Assembly: GCA_035626195.1 (NCBI GenBank)
Contig: DASPOC010000113.1
Location: 1-57,516, forward strand
Length of the DNA: 57,516 nucleotides
Direction of reading: 5' to 3'
Origin: Candidatus Bathyarchaeia archaeon
GTDB lineage: Archaea > Halobacteriota > Bog-38 > Methanoflorentales > Methanoflorentaceae
Below the pieces are notes generated by a model. The model was not told the origin of the DNA and did no database searches. It worked only from the letters and a program-made list of their open reading frames with translations. Shown piece after piece: positions 18,217 to 28,347 of the stretch (position 1 is the stretch's first letter; the number at the start of each line of letters is the position of its first letter). The position numbers were made by a program, and so were the translations under genes.

Positions 18217-19416
18217 TTGAATCCAGGTAAACTTCCCCCTATACTTATCGCGATCCTTGTGCTGACGATGCTATTGGCCGCGCTCGTGAACGTCTCTGCA
18301 ACAGCGCAAGATAGCTCGGGGTTCATTAACAGTTCCACACCTACCGCCGCGAGTGTCAATGCGCCGGTCATTCCCGCGGGGGTGACTTCAACAAGTACTG
18401 CGAAGAAGAACGTCGTTTTTCGAGACGATGATGTCTACTTCGGGAATCTGAGCGCTTTGGAGGCTGTTAATCAAGTTCACATTGAGGAGCATGTGCCGGT
18501 GACGCTTGCGATCATCCCGCACGCGGATCCGTGCGGCCAAGGAAATGAGATGCTCCAGGATACGTCGGTCACCAATTATTTGCTGTCGATAGAGCACAAC
18601 CCGCTTTTTGAGTTTGCACAACACGGCTACAATCACTATGATTACGCGGAAAAGGGAGCCCCTAACTGTGCCGCATCGGGTGCGGGCGCAGGCGTGCCGC
18701 GGGTCGCGGGCCCAGCAGGGCCTTACTACGAGGCCGGTGAGCGGCCAGGCCCCGAGGGTAAACTCGTGGGCGCGACGTTCCCCAGCGAGTTCTACGGGAG
18801 ACCATACGCAGATCAGTACAACGTAATCAACCAGGGACGGCAAGATATGATACGGGCGCTCGGCGTGGCACCAAAGACCTTTATCCCGCCTTTTGACGCC
18901 GGAGACCAGAATACGCTGACCGCTTTGTCTGCACTCGGATTCACGCTCTATAACACGGGGCCGGGAGACTTCAACGTCAACGATGTGATCCTGGACGGGA
19001 TCATGGTGCAGGCGTCGTCGTCGCTCAGTATTGGCTGGGCCAACGACACGGCGTGGCAAACCGGAATGTCGCATCTCACAGCGCAGACCGACGCGTTACT
19101 GAACAGCACGACGCCCGGCGAAAGCCTTGTTATAGCGTACCACTTCTGGGTCTTCCAAAGATCTGACGGCTCGGTCGACCCAGCCAGAATCGCACTATTC
19201 AAGCAGTACATCGATCATCTGAAGAGTCGTGGAGACGTGAGCTTTAGCACGCTTGGCGGTCAACCGCTGATGAACCCCTCTCTAGCGCATGCCGTGAGCA
19301 CACAGAACGGGAGTCCCCTCGGCGTCTTTACGCAAGGCACGCAGCGTACCTCTGGAACAACCAATACCAACTGGGGTCAGCGAGGTCGGCGGGGGAATAC
19401 CTCGGCGAGTATTTGA
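18217..19416 (+). CDS. Secreted polysaccharide deacetylase-like protein (CE4/DUF2334-like), probably truncated by a frameshift
   Basis: TTG start, followed by a signal/TM segment ILIAILVLTMLLAALVNVSATAQ. Motifs VVFRDDDV, VPVTLAIIPH, NPLFEFAQHGYNH and TFIPPFDAGDQNTL. Paralogue of 23667..24785. Confidence 0.8.
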   Translation: MNPGKLPPILIAILVLTMLLAALVNVSATAQDSSGFINSSTPTAASVNAPVIPAGVTSTSTAKKNVVFRDDDVYFGNLSALEAVNQVHIEEHVPVTLAIIPHADPCGQGNEMLQDTSVTNYLLSIEHNPLFEFAQHGYNHYDYAEKGAPNCAASGAGAGVPRVAGPAGPYYEAGERPGPEGKLVGATFPSEFYGRPYADQYNVINQGRQDMIRALGVAPKTFIPPFDAGDQNTLTALSALGFTLYNTGPGDFNVNDVILDGIMVQASSSLSIGWANDTAWQTGMSHLTAQTDALLNSTTPGESLVIAYHFWVFQRSDGSVDPARIALFKQYIDHLKSRGDVSFSTLGGQPLMNPSLAHAVSTQNGSPLGVFTQGTQRTSGTTNTNWGQRGRRGNTSASI

Positions 19417-19901
19417 CGTCGTCATCGGCTGTGACGTCACCGGGTAATGATACGACCGACGTATTTGCACGCGGCACCAGCGGCGCTTCTTTGAGAGACC
19501 TACAACAATGGGTGGGACCCTGGACCTCCATTGGCAGTACGGTCGTGACCCCGTGCCCGCTCTGCGGACGCTACCGCTCCAGTACGTTCCACACCCGAGC
19601 TATACGCCGCCCGGCACCGAGAACGAACTGCCACCAACACCGCCTACAGTGTCGGCCAATCGTTACCTTGGGTCTCTTTTATGAAAGGCGCATGGGACTT
19701 TTCCCAACCATTACCATTTGTAACTTCTACAGCGGCGTCCGCTCCAACGACACCACTGCGACAACCGACGCGAATGGTCAGCTCTCCGACAGGACCACTT
19801 GGGCCTCGCTGAAACTCACGACGTGGCAACGGCTGCTCGTGAGCTCTAGGTTCTTTGTTGAGCGGGGCACTTCGACCAAGGCTGATCCAGAGTGCGTTTA
19901 A
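19344..19901 (+). pseudogene. Out-of-frame, decayed lectin-type (DUF346/PLL-like) repeat extension of the preceding deacetylase gene
   Basis: The frame shifted by one base from about 19344 reads AYLWNNQYQLGSARSAGEYLGEYLTSSSAVTSPGNDTTDVFARGTSGASLRDLQQWVGPWTSIGS. This matches the repeat WESLGGQLTSAPAATSPASGAIYVFARGTDGAIW...W.SLGG of 6887..8620. Further downstream the similarity dissolves. Confidence 0.55.
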
Positions 19902-20107
19902 TGGTTGCGTTCGCTGCCGTGAGCTCATTGAAGGGTCGTAATAGATAACCGATCTCATTTGGGGGGTCTTCCCATGTAAGAGACGCTTAGCGTGCAACAT
20001 AATACCTATAAGCCTGTCAGATTAGCGCGTTAACAGATCAACAGCAAACTTTATGTCCGGTCCACACACGGTACAAATAGATTAAACGCACAGCAGGCGC
20101 TATAACT

Positions 20108-21079
20108 TTGTCCACCTCCGAACAGAACCCAACGGATATGACGGAACTCGACGCTATGTCTCGCGGCGCAGCGTCCTCAACGGTCGTGGTTGGTATTCCG
20201 TGCTACAACGAGGAGGTGGCAATTGGCAGCCTCGTATTGCGCGCCTCTCAGTATGCGGACCAGGTCGTCGTTCTTGATGACGGTTCCACAGACAAGACAG
20301 CGGAGGTCGCGCGCTTCGCTGGCGCTCGCGTGCTCGTTCACGAAATCAATATGGGCAAGGGCGCCGCCTTACGTGATCTTTTTCAGTACGCGACGCAAGC
20401 TGGTTTCGATATCCTCGTCATTATCGACGGTGATGGTCAGCACAACCCTGATGACATCCCGAAGCTAGTCACGCCGCTCCTGCGCGACGAGGCCGACGTC
20501 ATCAACGGAAGCCGCTACCTGAACGGGGGGGCGGGCAGCACGCCGCGCTACCGCCGGTTAGGGCAGATGGTTCTCGACAAAGTCATCCGTTTCGGGCTCA
20601 ACGGCGACCTCACCATCACCGATACGCAAAGCGGTTTTCGCGCTTTCTCGATGAAAACCGCACCGTTTTTCAAGTTCAGCGCAGACAAGATGACGATCGA
20701 CAGCGAGATGCTTATGGACGCGGCAAACGCGCACCTGCGGATAAAGGAGGTGGCCGTCGGGGTTCGCTACGACGTGGGGCTTTCATCTGAGCACCCGGTC
20801 AGTCACGGGCTGCAGGTGCTCGCGGGCGTGCTGCGCAGCATCGAGTTTAATAGGCCGCTGCTCGCGTTCACCGTTCCCGGGTTGATCATGGTCGCCATTG
20901 CGGCCGGACTCGCCGCGTTCGTGATTCAAGCCTATTTCATCGTCCGCCACGTCGTCTTGGGTCCGACGCTGCTGATGCTGCTTCTCACTGTAGTAGGGAC
21001 GTTTTTGGTGTTTACGGGCATCATCCTTCACTCTCTGTCTGGGCTCATTGATTCACGGGCCGAAATGCGGGGGAAATAA
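20108..21079 (+). CDS. GT2 polyprenyl(dolichyl)-phosphate hexose synthase-like glycosyltransferase (DPM1/GtrB/ArnC/AglJ architecture)
   Basis: VVVGIPCYNEE...VVVLDDGSTDKTA...DGDGQHNPDDIPKLV...TDTQSGFRAF, followed by two C-terminal TM helices. TTG start at 20108; in-frame ATGs follow at codons 11 and 17. Confidence 0.85.
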   Translation: MSTSEQNPTDMTELDAMSRGAASSTVVVGIPCYNEEVAIGSLVLRASQYADQVVVLDDGSTDKTAEVARFAGARVLVHEINMGKGAALRDLFQYATQAGFDILVIIDGDGQHNPDDIPKLVTPLLRDEADVINGSRYLNGGAGSTPRYRRLGQMVLDKVIRFGLNGDLTITDTQSGFRAFSMKTAPFFKFSADKMTIDSEMLMDAANAHLRIKEVAVGVRYDVGLSSEHPVSHGLQVLAGVLRSIEFNRPLLAFTVPGLIMVAIAAGLAAFVIQAYFIVRHVVLGPTLLMLLLTVVGTFLVFTGIILHSLSGLIDSRAEMRGK

Positions 21080-21315
21080 CGATAAGCGCGGTCTAGCACT
21101 TGTCTGCGCATTCATTGCCACAGGCTCGCGACGGCAAAGCAACTCGAAAAGGCCGGCGGCCCCACTTAGACGCTGCGATAACTTATCTGCCCTACTGCGC
21201 TCATCGAGCAATCACGAGTTGTTTTGAGCGCTAACACAAAATCAAGGTCCAAGCACACACGAAACGACAAAGTTTTAAGGACTGCACGAGAACACGAACG
21301 CATACTCGGTGAACC

Positions 21316-22452
21316 ATGAAGTCAAGAATCGCACTCCTCGGCTCACGCGGGATACCAGCCAAATACGGTGGGTTTGAGACGTTCACGGAGCGCGTGGCTC
21401 CGGCGCTCGCCGCTGAAGGCCGCGAGGTGTGGGTGAGCTGCGAGGGCACGGCTCGGCCGCGCCCTTCCGAGTACAAAGGGGTTAAGCTGTTTTACTTTCC
21501 ACTCAAGCCCTTCAGGCGCGTTTTCTACGAGACTATATATGATATCTATTCTCTCCTGCGCGCGAGCCTGACGTGCGATTGCGTGATCATGCTGGGCTAC
21601 GGCGCCGGGTTCTTCTTCTTTATTCCGAAGCTTTTCAGAAAAAAAATCGCGGTGAACGTGGACGGCAGGGAGTGGACGCGCGAGAAGTACAATGCCCTCG
21701 AAAAGACTGCGCTTCACGTCAACGAGCTATTTGCGCTACGCTACGCCGATGCGACGATCGCCGACGCGCGGGGAATCCAGGCGTACCTCGAAGCATCGCG
21801 GGCGAGAGGAGCGACCTTTATCCCGTACGGCGTCGACGTGTTCGCAAGTGTCCAATGGGATCCGTCCCGGCTTAGGGCGCTGCCCGGCGACCTCGACCAT
21901 TTGGAGATCGGCGAGTACTTTCTGATCGTTGCGCGTCTTGAGCGCGACAACAACATCACAACGATGATCGAGGGCTTCTTGGCCGCGCGTACCGACAAGA
22001 AGCTGGTCATCGTCGGGAACTTCTCGGATTCGAGTTATGAGCGCGGCAGTCACGCACTTATTGTAGAGCACCGAGGCCAGGATCGAGTCACGTTTAGCGG
22101 GGGAATCTACGAAAAGGACCTTTTGACCATGTTACGCCAACATTGTTTTGCCTATCTCCACGGGCACTCAGCGGGAGGCACCAATCCCTCGCTGCTCGAG
22201 GCGATGATCGCTCGTAACCTCATCATTGCCCACGACAACCCGTACAACCGGGAGGTGTGCGACCGCTTTGCCTTGTTCTTTAACGACCGGGTGAGCCTGC
22301 GCACCTTGATCGAATCAGTTGTTGACCAGCCAGAAGCGTACGACACGCTTCGAGACGGCGCGTTTGACCGGGCGAAAAACGAGTACGCGTGGGATCGCGT
22401 CTTGCGCGAATACGAAGCACTGCTTGACGACGTACTGCGATGCGGGAAATGA
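21316..22452 (+). CDS. GT-B glycosyltransferase with a DUF1972-type N-terminal domain
   Basis: IALLGSRGIPAKYGGFETFTERVAPAL is the DUF1972 signature as I recall it. C-terminal part GHSAGGTNPSLLEAM. Confidence 0.85.
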   Translation: MKSRIALLGSRGIPAKYGGFETFTERVAPALAAEGREVWVSCEGTARPRPSEYKGVKLFYFPLKPFRRVFYETIYDIYSLLRASLTCDCVIMLGYGAGFFFFIPKLFRKKIAVNVDGREWTREKYNALEKTALHVNELFALRYADATIADARGIQAYLEASRARGATFIPYGVDVFASVQWDPSRLRALPGDLDHLEIGEYFLIVARLERDNNITTMIEGFLAARTDKKLVIVGNFSDSSYERGSHALIVEHRGQDRVTFSGGIYEKDLLTMLRQHCFAYLHGHSAGGTNPSLLEAMIARNLIIAHDNPYNREVCDRFALFFNDRVSLRTLIESVVDQPEAYDTLRDGAFDRAKNEYAWDRVLREYEALLDDVLRCGK

Positions 22453-23567
22453 AGCTGCTCTTCGTCAACTACATGGAAACGACCGCTGCTGGCGGAATCA
22501 ACACGGTTGTGCGAGAGGTGGGGGGTGCACTCGCGCACCAGGGACACGAGGTCACGGTGCTTCAGCCTAATCTTCATCACCGCGCGTCGGAAGAGCTCTG
22601 CCAGGGTTTTAGAATCCGGCGGGTGCGTGCGCCGCTGAGTGGCCTCCTGTATGGGTTTGACATCCGGCTGCGGAGGGACATGGCCGTGCTATACAGCACG
22701 TTCACGCCCGATGTGGTTCACGTGCATGGCTTTCACTCGCTATTTTCGGCTGAGGCCGTGTACTGTGTGAGGCGGATCGCCGCCGACGTCCCACTCGTCT
22801 TCTCGTACCACTTGGACGTATATCGCGAGCGGTTCTTTGCCAGACGGCTTTGGAATGCGTACAAACAGGTCGGAAAGAATATGCTGGGCGCGCTCACGCA
22901 CGTCATCGCATTTTCTCAGTTCGAAGCTGACACGATCGGCCGCGAGTTTCACGTGCCGCGCGAGGGTATGTCTCTGATACCGCACGGCGTACCGGTCATC
23001 GATACGCGCAAAACGCGTGCGCAGGGAGTCGGCCCGCGTCTCCTGTACGTCGGTCACCTGTTGAAGCGAAAGAACGTGCAAGCGATCGTGGAAAGTTTGG
23101 ATGTGCTAGTGCACCGGGAAAAGGTGCCAGACGCATCGCTGACGATCGTTGGCGCGGGCCCTGAGCGGGCACACATCAGCCGTTTGATTCGCGACCGGGG
23201 GTTGGAAGCGCACGTGACGCAGAAACCGTTTTTGGCGCCAGCAGACCTCTTTTGTGAGATGAAACGCGCCGATCTGCTCCTACTGCTGTCAAACTCAGAA
23301 GCGTACGGCATCGTCGTTGCAGAAGCGCTCGCGCTGGGTACGCCGTGTATCGTGGCGGATGCGACTGCGCTGCACGAATTCATCGTGGAGCCCGGCTGTT
23401 TTGGAGTTGCGTACCCCCCCGACCCCGAAGAGGTCGCCCCGCTCATCACGGAGGTCTTTAAAAGCACGGCGCAGGTGGGGCCGTTCAGCGGCAAGATACG
23501 TACGTGGGAGGAGGTTGGTCGCGCCTACGAACGTCTGTACTGTCGGTGCGCCGAGGGCGATTCGTGA
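22440..23567 (+). CDS. GT4-family glycosyltransferase
   Basis: GGINTVVREVGGALAHQGHEVTVL...LLLSNSEAYGIVVAEALALGTPCIVAD. An alternative start at 22449 would give an ATGA overlap with the upstream stop. Confidence 0.85.
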   Translation: MREMKLLFVNYMETTAAGGINTVVREVGGALAHQGHEVTVLQPNLHHRASEELCQGFRIRRVRAPLSGLLYGFDIRLRRDMAVLYSTFTPDVVHVHGFHSLFSAEAVYCVRRIAADVPLVFSYHLDVYRERFFARRLWNAYKQVGKNMLGALTHVIAFSQFEADTIGREFHVPREGMSLIPHGVPVIDTRKTRAQGVGPRLLYVGHLLKRKNVQAIVESLDVLVHREKVPDASLTIVGAGPERAHISRLIRDRGLEAHVTQKPFLAPADLFCEMKRADLLLLLSNSEAYGIVVAEALALGTPCIVADATALHEFIVEPGCFGVAYPPDPEEVAPLITEVFKSTAQVGPFSGKIRTWEEVGRAYERLYCRCAEGDS

Positions 23568-23666
23568 GGGTTGTTCCTCAGTCGCCGAGGCGCTTGTTGC
23601 GGGGTTTGAGCACAGCGTCGCGACGACGAGTTGACTTCCTGCGGCGACTCTAAACGCAAAAGTCAT

Positions 23667-24785
23667 TCACTTGCTGCGGTTCCCTCTGGTTGCGACGAAC
23701 CAAGCGATAGCGAGCAGGTAAGCGATCCCAACACCGCCCAAGAGCCACAGCAGATATGGCGTCAGGGCACCGCTCACGTCTATCAGGCTTACAGCAGCGC
23801 CGTAGATAGCTGCTGTACTGACCGTGACCTGAGGGAGGCTTAAAGCGGCTCCAGGGGCGGCTCCTGTAATCACCACCTGACGATCGAGGCGAGTGAACTG
23901 CACGCCTTCCTTGCTTTTTACGTAATCAATATAGTCACGCAAAAGCTGCACCTTGCGCGGGTCGGCCGAGCCTCCGGGTCCGCTGAAAGTCCACCAATGG
24001 TACGCGACAATCAACGTATCGTTGGAGGGGTCGCTGAAAAACTGGTCGGTCGTGTTTTTTGCGAACTGAAAGCTCGTGGCGAGGGCGGTGTAGTTCGAGC
24101 CGACGATATTGGTGGTGGCCGGTTCCACCCGTATTCCGTATGCTTGGCCTTGCAGTGTCGTGAGGTCCCCGCGCCCCGAACAATAGTCCGTAAATCCGAG
24201 CGCTCCTAATGCCGCTAGCGTGTTGCTATCGCCGTGGTCGAAGGGGGGAACGAAGGTGGTTGGTGTTATCCCGAACGCGTCCCTGATATCGTCACGCCCC
24301 TTTTGTATGGCTTCGTACTGTACTTGAAAGGGCTCGCCATAGAACTCGCTGGGCTCGCTGGGGCTCAAGAAATGATCATCCTTGTGCGAGTATCCGTGCT
24401 GCGCGAACTCAAACAGAGGGTTCGAGCTGATCGACCGCATGTACGTGAGAAACGCAGGATCTTGGAATAGTTTGTTGTCCGGGCTTGTGCCAAGGATTGG
24501 CGGAACGCCCAGTGTGAGTTGGCTATTCGAGAGTAGGAATACTTGGCTGTCGGGTCCTGTGGCGTTAGGATCCGGAACGATTGCCAGCGTCACGGGCACG
24601 TTTTCTTCGACGTGCACATGATTCACAGCTTGCAGCGTATCTCCGTGACACCACCCCGGCGCGACGTCATCGTCACGAAAGATGACGTACTTTTTCACGC
24701 CGACCGTTTGTGCATTGACGGGCGCTGTGGAAAACAAAACCGCTAGAACGAGTAGCGAGGCGAAAAAGATCGTGCGTTTTTTCAT
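23667..24785 (-). CDS. Secreted, C-terminally membrane-anchored polysaccharide deacetylase-like protein (paralogue of 18217..19416)
   Basis: Signal peptide MKKRTIFFASLLVLAVLFSTAPVNAQ. Motifs VIFRDDDV, VPVTLAIVPD, NPLFEFAQHGYSH and TFVPPFDHGDSNTL. C-terminal TM plus basic tail LLWLLGGVGIAYLLAIAWFVATRGNRSK. Confidence 0.85.
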   Translation of the reverse strand: MKKRTIFFASLLVLAVLFSTAPVNAQTVGVKKYVIFRDDDVAPGWCHGDTLQAVNHVHVEENVPVTLAIVPDPNATGPDSQVFLLSNSQLTLGVPPILGTSPDNKLFQDPAFLTYMRSISSNPLFEFAQHGYSHKDDHFLSPSEPSEFYGEPFQVQYEAIQKGRDDIRDAFGITPTTFVPPFDHGDSNTLAALGALGFTDYCSGRGDLTTLQGQAYGIRVEPATTNIVGSNYTALATSFQFAKNTTDQFFSDPSNDTLIVAYHWWTFSGPGGSADPRKVQLLRDYIDYVKSKEGVQFTRLDRQVVITGAAPGAALSLPQVTVSTAAIYGAAVSLIDVSGALTPYLLWLLGGVGIAYLLAIAWFVATRGNRSK

Positions 24786-25886
24786 TGATCCTCATTGCGG
24801 CGCGTGCTGTTCGGTGCACTCTCTTACCCTTGTTTACTGTTCCACTGAGTCTGGCAATAAAGCTTTTTCCGGCGGAGCATCCTGCGTAGTTAATAATCTC
24901 TCCTTCCGGCCCGGCGATCAGGTCCTCGTCGCATTCAGGAACCGTAAGTTGCTTCGAGCGGTTATCAGCTACCTACTCATAAGAAGCTATTTGTGCATAA
25001 ACCCTTTTCCTTTTCAACGTCATAGTTACGGTTTTTCGAGGTGCCCTTGTTGTAATCGTTAAACTATCATCGGAATCCGAGGGTCCTTCGCGCAATGATC
25101 TATTTCGAAGCTTTCATCGACGAGGTGGACGCGAATTATCTTGGATAAGAAAATCGGTTTCTTCATCGTCTATCGGCAGGGTACGGAGGCGACGTTCTAT
25201 AGGCAATCGCTGGCTTTAGAACGCCCCGATCTCGCAGTTAATTGGGCCGTAACCGGTTCACTCGAAGGCACGTAATCCCTGGTTGGACTGCACTGATTGG
25301 GGCCTCCTCGGAGTCTCGCCGCTTTCGGTGCTCGCAGCAGCGATAACTATAGAAAGAGGGCAAAAAATACGCGCGCTACTAAGACTTTTGCCAGCCATAT
25401 CCGCTCTATTAGCCGAGTAGTGACGATGTATCCTTCGATTTACGTAACCTTGGTGAAGATCCGTAGTCTCGCTTCAAGATCTTCCTAGACTGCAGCTTTT
25501 TGTCGATCTGGCACTATCATGCACGGCTTTCGCGAGGTTACAAGAAACAGTCGTGTTGACCCTCGGATCAGTTTCCCTCTCTTCAATCCTTCTTCTAAAG
25601 CTGCACCGCCTTTTAAAGGTTGGGAGTATCCGTCGAGAGGGGTTCGCTGCAGACTCATTCGCGCCATGATCCGTTTCACAAGCGCGCTCTAATGGAGTGC
25701 ATTGTTGGAACAAATGAATGCATACACATGTGAAACTTCTTACTACACTCATTAAGAAACTAGATATAGAGTATGAACGAACAACTGAATCGCGAAGCGC
25801 GCTCGTACGGCTCTCTATCCCTTCGCGGGCAATGAAATCGCTCGCCTGAAAACGTATTCACGAAGAGGGCCACCGATGTCGTATCC

Positions 25887-28190
25887 ATGAAACTCAACAA
25901 TCCACTCGAAGCAAACGACTGGGGCATCGCTACGTTCTTCAAGCTCATCGCGTCGCTTCAGATATCTGTCTGGATAGTTTTAGCTCTAGACGCCGTCGGT
26001 GTGCACGTGCCGATTCTAAGAGGGGGGCTGGTGCTCGTTTATCTACTCTTCGTGCCCGGGATCATTCTCTTGCGAGTTCTCAGGTTGCACGAGCTCAACG
26101 TCATTGAAGGTTTTTTTTACACGGTGGGCTTAAGCGTAGCAACGATTATGCTCACGGGCCTCTTTATGAACACCCTTTATGTTTTTGGCATTACGTCGAC
26201 GCCGCTCACACTCGCTCCGTTCATCGCCACAATGAGCGGGGTTGTCCTGGCGCTTTGTATGCTAAGCTATCGTCGCGACCGGGATTATTCTCGTTCGACG
26301 ACGATCGACGCGCGTGTAGTCCTTTCGCCAGTGACACTCGGTTTGTTGCTACTGCCATTCATGGGCGTCTTTGGGGCGTACCTCTTCAACACACTTAGCA
26401 CGAGCATCGGAACCGTTCTCGTGCTGCTCGCTGTCACCGCCGTGATTTTCGTATGTGGCTTTACTGGTTACGTGCCGAAACGCTACTACTCTCTCGCGAT
26501 TGTGGCGATCGCCTTGGCGCTGCTGCTCCATAACGCGCTGATTACGAACTATCTGTGGGGATTCGATATCCAAATCGAAAACTTCGTAGCGCAGAGTGTC
26601 GTCAGCAACGGTTTCTGGGGGAGCGCTCCGAACCTCAATTACAACACATTGAATCTCAATTCAATGCTGAGCATTGCTATGCTCGCTCCGCTGCTCTCTA
26701 TCTCGACCGGTATCAGCGTGACGTGGGTCCTGAAGCTCATTTTTCCGCTGCTTTTCGCTATGGTGCCTCTCGGTCTCTATAGGCTGTACGAAAAACAAAC
26801 ATCCCCTCGCATTGCTTTGTTCGGCGTATTTTTTTTTATGGTGACTTTTTCGTTTTATACCGAGCTCCTTACCATGGCACGCCAGGAAATCGCGGAATTC
26901 TTTTTCGTGGCGCTGCTGTTGCTGCTCGTAGACAAACAGATGCGTAGGATGCCGCGGTTCTCTCTCTTCGGCATATTTGGCTTCTCGTTGATCGTCTCGC
27001 ACTACGCATTGACGTACGTCTTTCTATTCTGTTTCATTCTCGCGTGGCTCATGCTTTTGGTGGTGGGGAGCTTCGACGTGCGAGCGCTAACACAGCGGAT
27101 CTCCCGCAAAGGAGATGCGGACCGCTCTGTACCGCCGTTTCGTCGGCCGCATCGACTGCGCAACGGCATTAGTGCGGTTTTCGTTGTCGGCTTCACGCTC
27201 ATCGCGGCCCTTTGGTACCGCTTCGCGAATAACTCACAACCGTTTGACTCGTTTGCGCGCATAGTCGCAACGACCCTCTTGTACCTCGGAATGCCGGGAC
27301 TCTACGCGCAACTTAACGGGGCAAGCAACCTCTCTGATATACCACTCCCCTCCATTGCCTCACGCGCGAACGGCGGGCTCGATACTACAGGACTCCAATC
27401 AATTCTCGCGTCCAAGCTTCCGTTGCACCAGGTCACTGAATATCTCATCCTCATCGCACTCATCATGGCTTTCGTGGGGCTTCTTTTCGCCTTGAAAGAG
27501 CGATCAAGGCTTAAATTTTCGAATGAGTACCTAGCGTTTTCTGCTGCTATGTTGGTCGTTCTCTACCTCTGTCTCGTGCAGCCCCTCTTTGCGGCGAGTC
27601 TAAACCTCTCGCGGTTCGTGCAAATATCGCAGCTAGTGCTGAGCGTGTTTCTCGTCGTCGGCTTTGCTGGGGTTTTCAGCGTTGTTAAGAAGCGAGGCGC
27701 GAATTTTGCTTCACAAGGAACGATATCCCCCCCCTTTAAGGCCTTGGCGTGTTTTATGGTCGTATTGTTTCTCTTTAACGCAGGCCTCGTGTACAAGGTG
27801 GCTGGAGAACTCAATGATAGCCCTACTGTCATGGCGTTAGACACGAGCGTCGACTTTGGAAAGTTCAATACGCAAGAAATGATCGCCGCGAAGTGGATAG
27901 GTGGAAACGCTTCTGGTGGCATCATCGCCGCCGATGATTTCCGATACTATGCTGTCTACACGTTTGACCCCGGTCAGGCGACCATGCTTCCCAGCGGCGG
28001 CTCTTGGGCGGATCTCGCACCTGGATCGTACATCTATCTCGGCACCCCCAACGTGCAAACGGGGAAACTCGTCGTCGGCTTGAACACCCTAACCAATCTG
28101 CCTATGGAACTGGACGCGCGCTATTATGTGGGTGGCAGCAGCAACATCTATTCTAACGGTTATGCTCAAGTCTATCGCGTGAATGGGTAA
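25887..28190 (+). CDS. DUF2206-type polytopic membrane protein (function unknown; candidate GT-C-like enzyme)
   Basis: 767 aa with many hydrophobic segments and a ~130-aa non-hydrophobic C-terminus. Shares motifs with 31978..34332: LLFVPG..LR.LRLH.L, WGFDIQ, ARQEIAEFF and SHYAL. Confidence 0.8.
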   Translation: MKLNNPLEANDWGIATFFKLIASLQISVWIVLALDAVGVHVPILRGGLVLVYLLFVPGIILLRVLRLHELNVIEGFFYTVGLSVATIMLTGLFMNTLYVFGITSTPLTLAPFIATMSGVVLALCMLSYRRDRDYSRSTTIDARVVLSPVTLGLLLLPFMGVFGAYLFNTLSTSIGTVLVLLAVTAVIFVCGFTGYVPKRYYSLAIVAIALALLLHNALITNYLWGFDIQIENFVAQSVVSNGFWGSAPNLNYNTLNLNSMLSIAMLAPLLSISTGISVTWVLKLIFPLLFAMVPLGLYRLYEKQTSPRIALFGVFFFMVTFSFYTELLTMARQEIAEFFFVALLLLLVDKQMRRMPRFSLFGIFGFSLIVSHYALTYVFLFCFILAWLMLLVVGSFDVRALTQRISRKGDADRSVPPFRRPHRLRNGISAVFVVGFTLIAALWYRFANNSQPFDSFARIVATTLLYLGMPGLYAQLNGASNLSDIPLPSIASRANGGLDTTGLQSILASKLPLHQVTEYLILIALIMAFVGLLFALKERSRLKFSNEYLAFSAAMLVVLYLCLVQPLFAASLNLSRFVQISQLVLSVFLVVGFAGVFSVVKKRGANFASQGTISPPFKALACFMVVLFLFNAGLVYKVAGELNDSPTVMALDTSVDFGKFNTQEMIAAKWIGGNASGGIIAADDFRYYAVYTFDPGQATMLPSGGSWADLAPGSYIYLGTPNVQTGKLVVGLNTLTNLPMELDARYYVGGSSNIYSNGYAQVYRVNG

Positions 28191-28347
28191 TCGGCCGCAA
28201 ACGCCGTTTTCCTGCTGCAGCGAGGCCCTATGAATAGGAGATTTTCTTTGAGAGGGCATAATCGGTGGGAGCTTCATAGGTTAATTCCTCTCAAGCAACC
28301 GATAAGGCGGGGTTGCAGAGCCGCATAGCAGCCGCCGTCTGAAACTA

